This document shows positions 63,661 to 64,000 of a stretch of 64,000 bases of DNA, one piece after another. Source of the stretch: an uncultured Nitrospinota bacterium. GTDB lineage: Bacteria; Tectomicrobia; Entotheonellia; J063; CAVPRW01. The notes beneath the pieces were generated by a model that saw nothing but the letters and a program-made list of their open reading frames with translations, ran no database searches and was not told where the DNA came from. Each line of letters opens with the position of its first letter. The first letter of the stretch is position 1. The stretch covers positions 1 through 64,000 of the forward strand of contig CAVPRW010000047.1 of the NCBI GenBank assembly GCA_963707985.1, written 5' to 3'. The position numbers and the translations under genes were made by a program.

Positions 63661-64000
63661 ATGCCGTGCCAGGAAAGCGATCGGACACGAGGGCAACCAG
63701 GCTCAGCACGGATTCTCATTGTCGATGATGACGCTGGGAGCCGAGCGCTCTTGGCGGAGGTGTTGAGCCGTCGTGGCTATCAGATCCAGGAAGCAGCAGA
63801 CGGGTTCTGTGTCGCGAGGGCTCTGCAGGCCGGCGCTTTCTCCTTCGATGTGGTCGTCCTAGACTGGAAAATGCCTGGTCTTGACGGCCTCGCAGTGCTT
63901 CGGCTGCTGCGGTCTTTTGCCCCGGAAACGCTGGTGCTCTTGATGTCTATGGCGCCAGACGAGCAACTGCGGCGTGAAGCCATGAGCCTTGGGGCGATCG
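63661..64000 (+). CDS. Response regulator receiver protein (runs off the right edge)
   Basis: RILIVDDD...DVVVLDWKMPGLDGL. Confidence 0.85.
   Translation, partial: MPCQESDRTRGQPGSARILIVDDDAGSRALLAEVLSRRGYQIQEAADGFCVARALQAGAFSFDVVVLDWKMPGLDGLAVLRLLRSFAPETLVLLMSMAPDEQLRREAMSLGAI

Noticed and set aside
1..64000. tRNA, rRNA, CRISPR array, integron integrase
   Set aside because: None recognised by eye; a covariance/HMM search is needed to exclude them formally

Overview
GC-rich bacterial window with no rRNA, tRNA or CRISPR array that I could recognise. The gene content (LLM oxidoreductases, cyclase/AAA/TPR proteins, sigma54 regulators) suggests a Tectomicrobia/Binatia-like lineage, but this is inference only. 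Many genes carry single-base frameshifts, some probably long-read errors. The left ~42 kb is an accessory mosaic. It holds about a dozen intact or decayed toxin-antitoxin modules, IS1 (x2), IS3 and an IS6-like mini-element, remnants of a BREX-2/Pgl system (pglW 5' end, pglX 3' end), two attC-like integron sites (one invaded by a truncated group IIC intron) and several secreted proteins. The right ~22 kb looks like core genome: S9 peptidase, Mla/Pqi-type ABC operon, family B DNA polymerase, APC permease with a methyltransferase, and two NtrC-type two-component systems. The most notable items are three. (1) A repeated regulatory module in which a sigma54 activator fused to a degenerate cyclase, STAND-type ATPase and TPRs lies divergent from a secreted-protein gene, separated by a -24/-12 promoter and a helically phased TTCAGCC array. 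(2) A DUF1573-like exported protein with an in-frame UGA at a Cys position followed 11 nt later by a hairpin, a candidate selenoprotein. (3) TA modules ending in near-identical attC sites.
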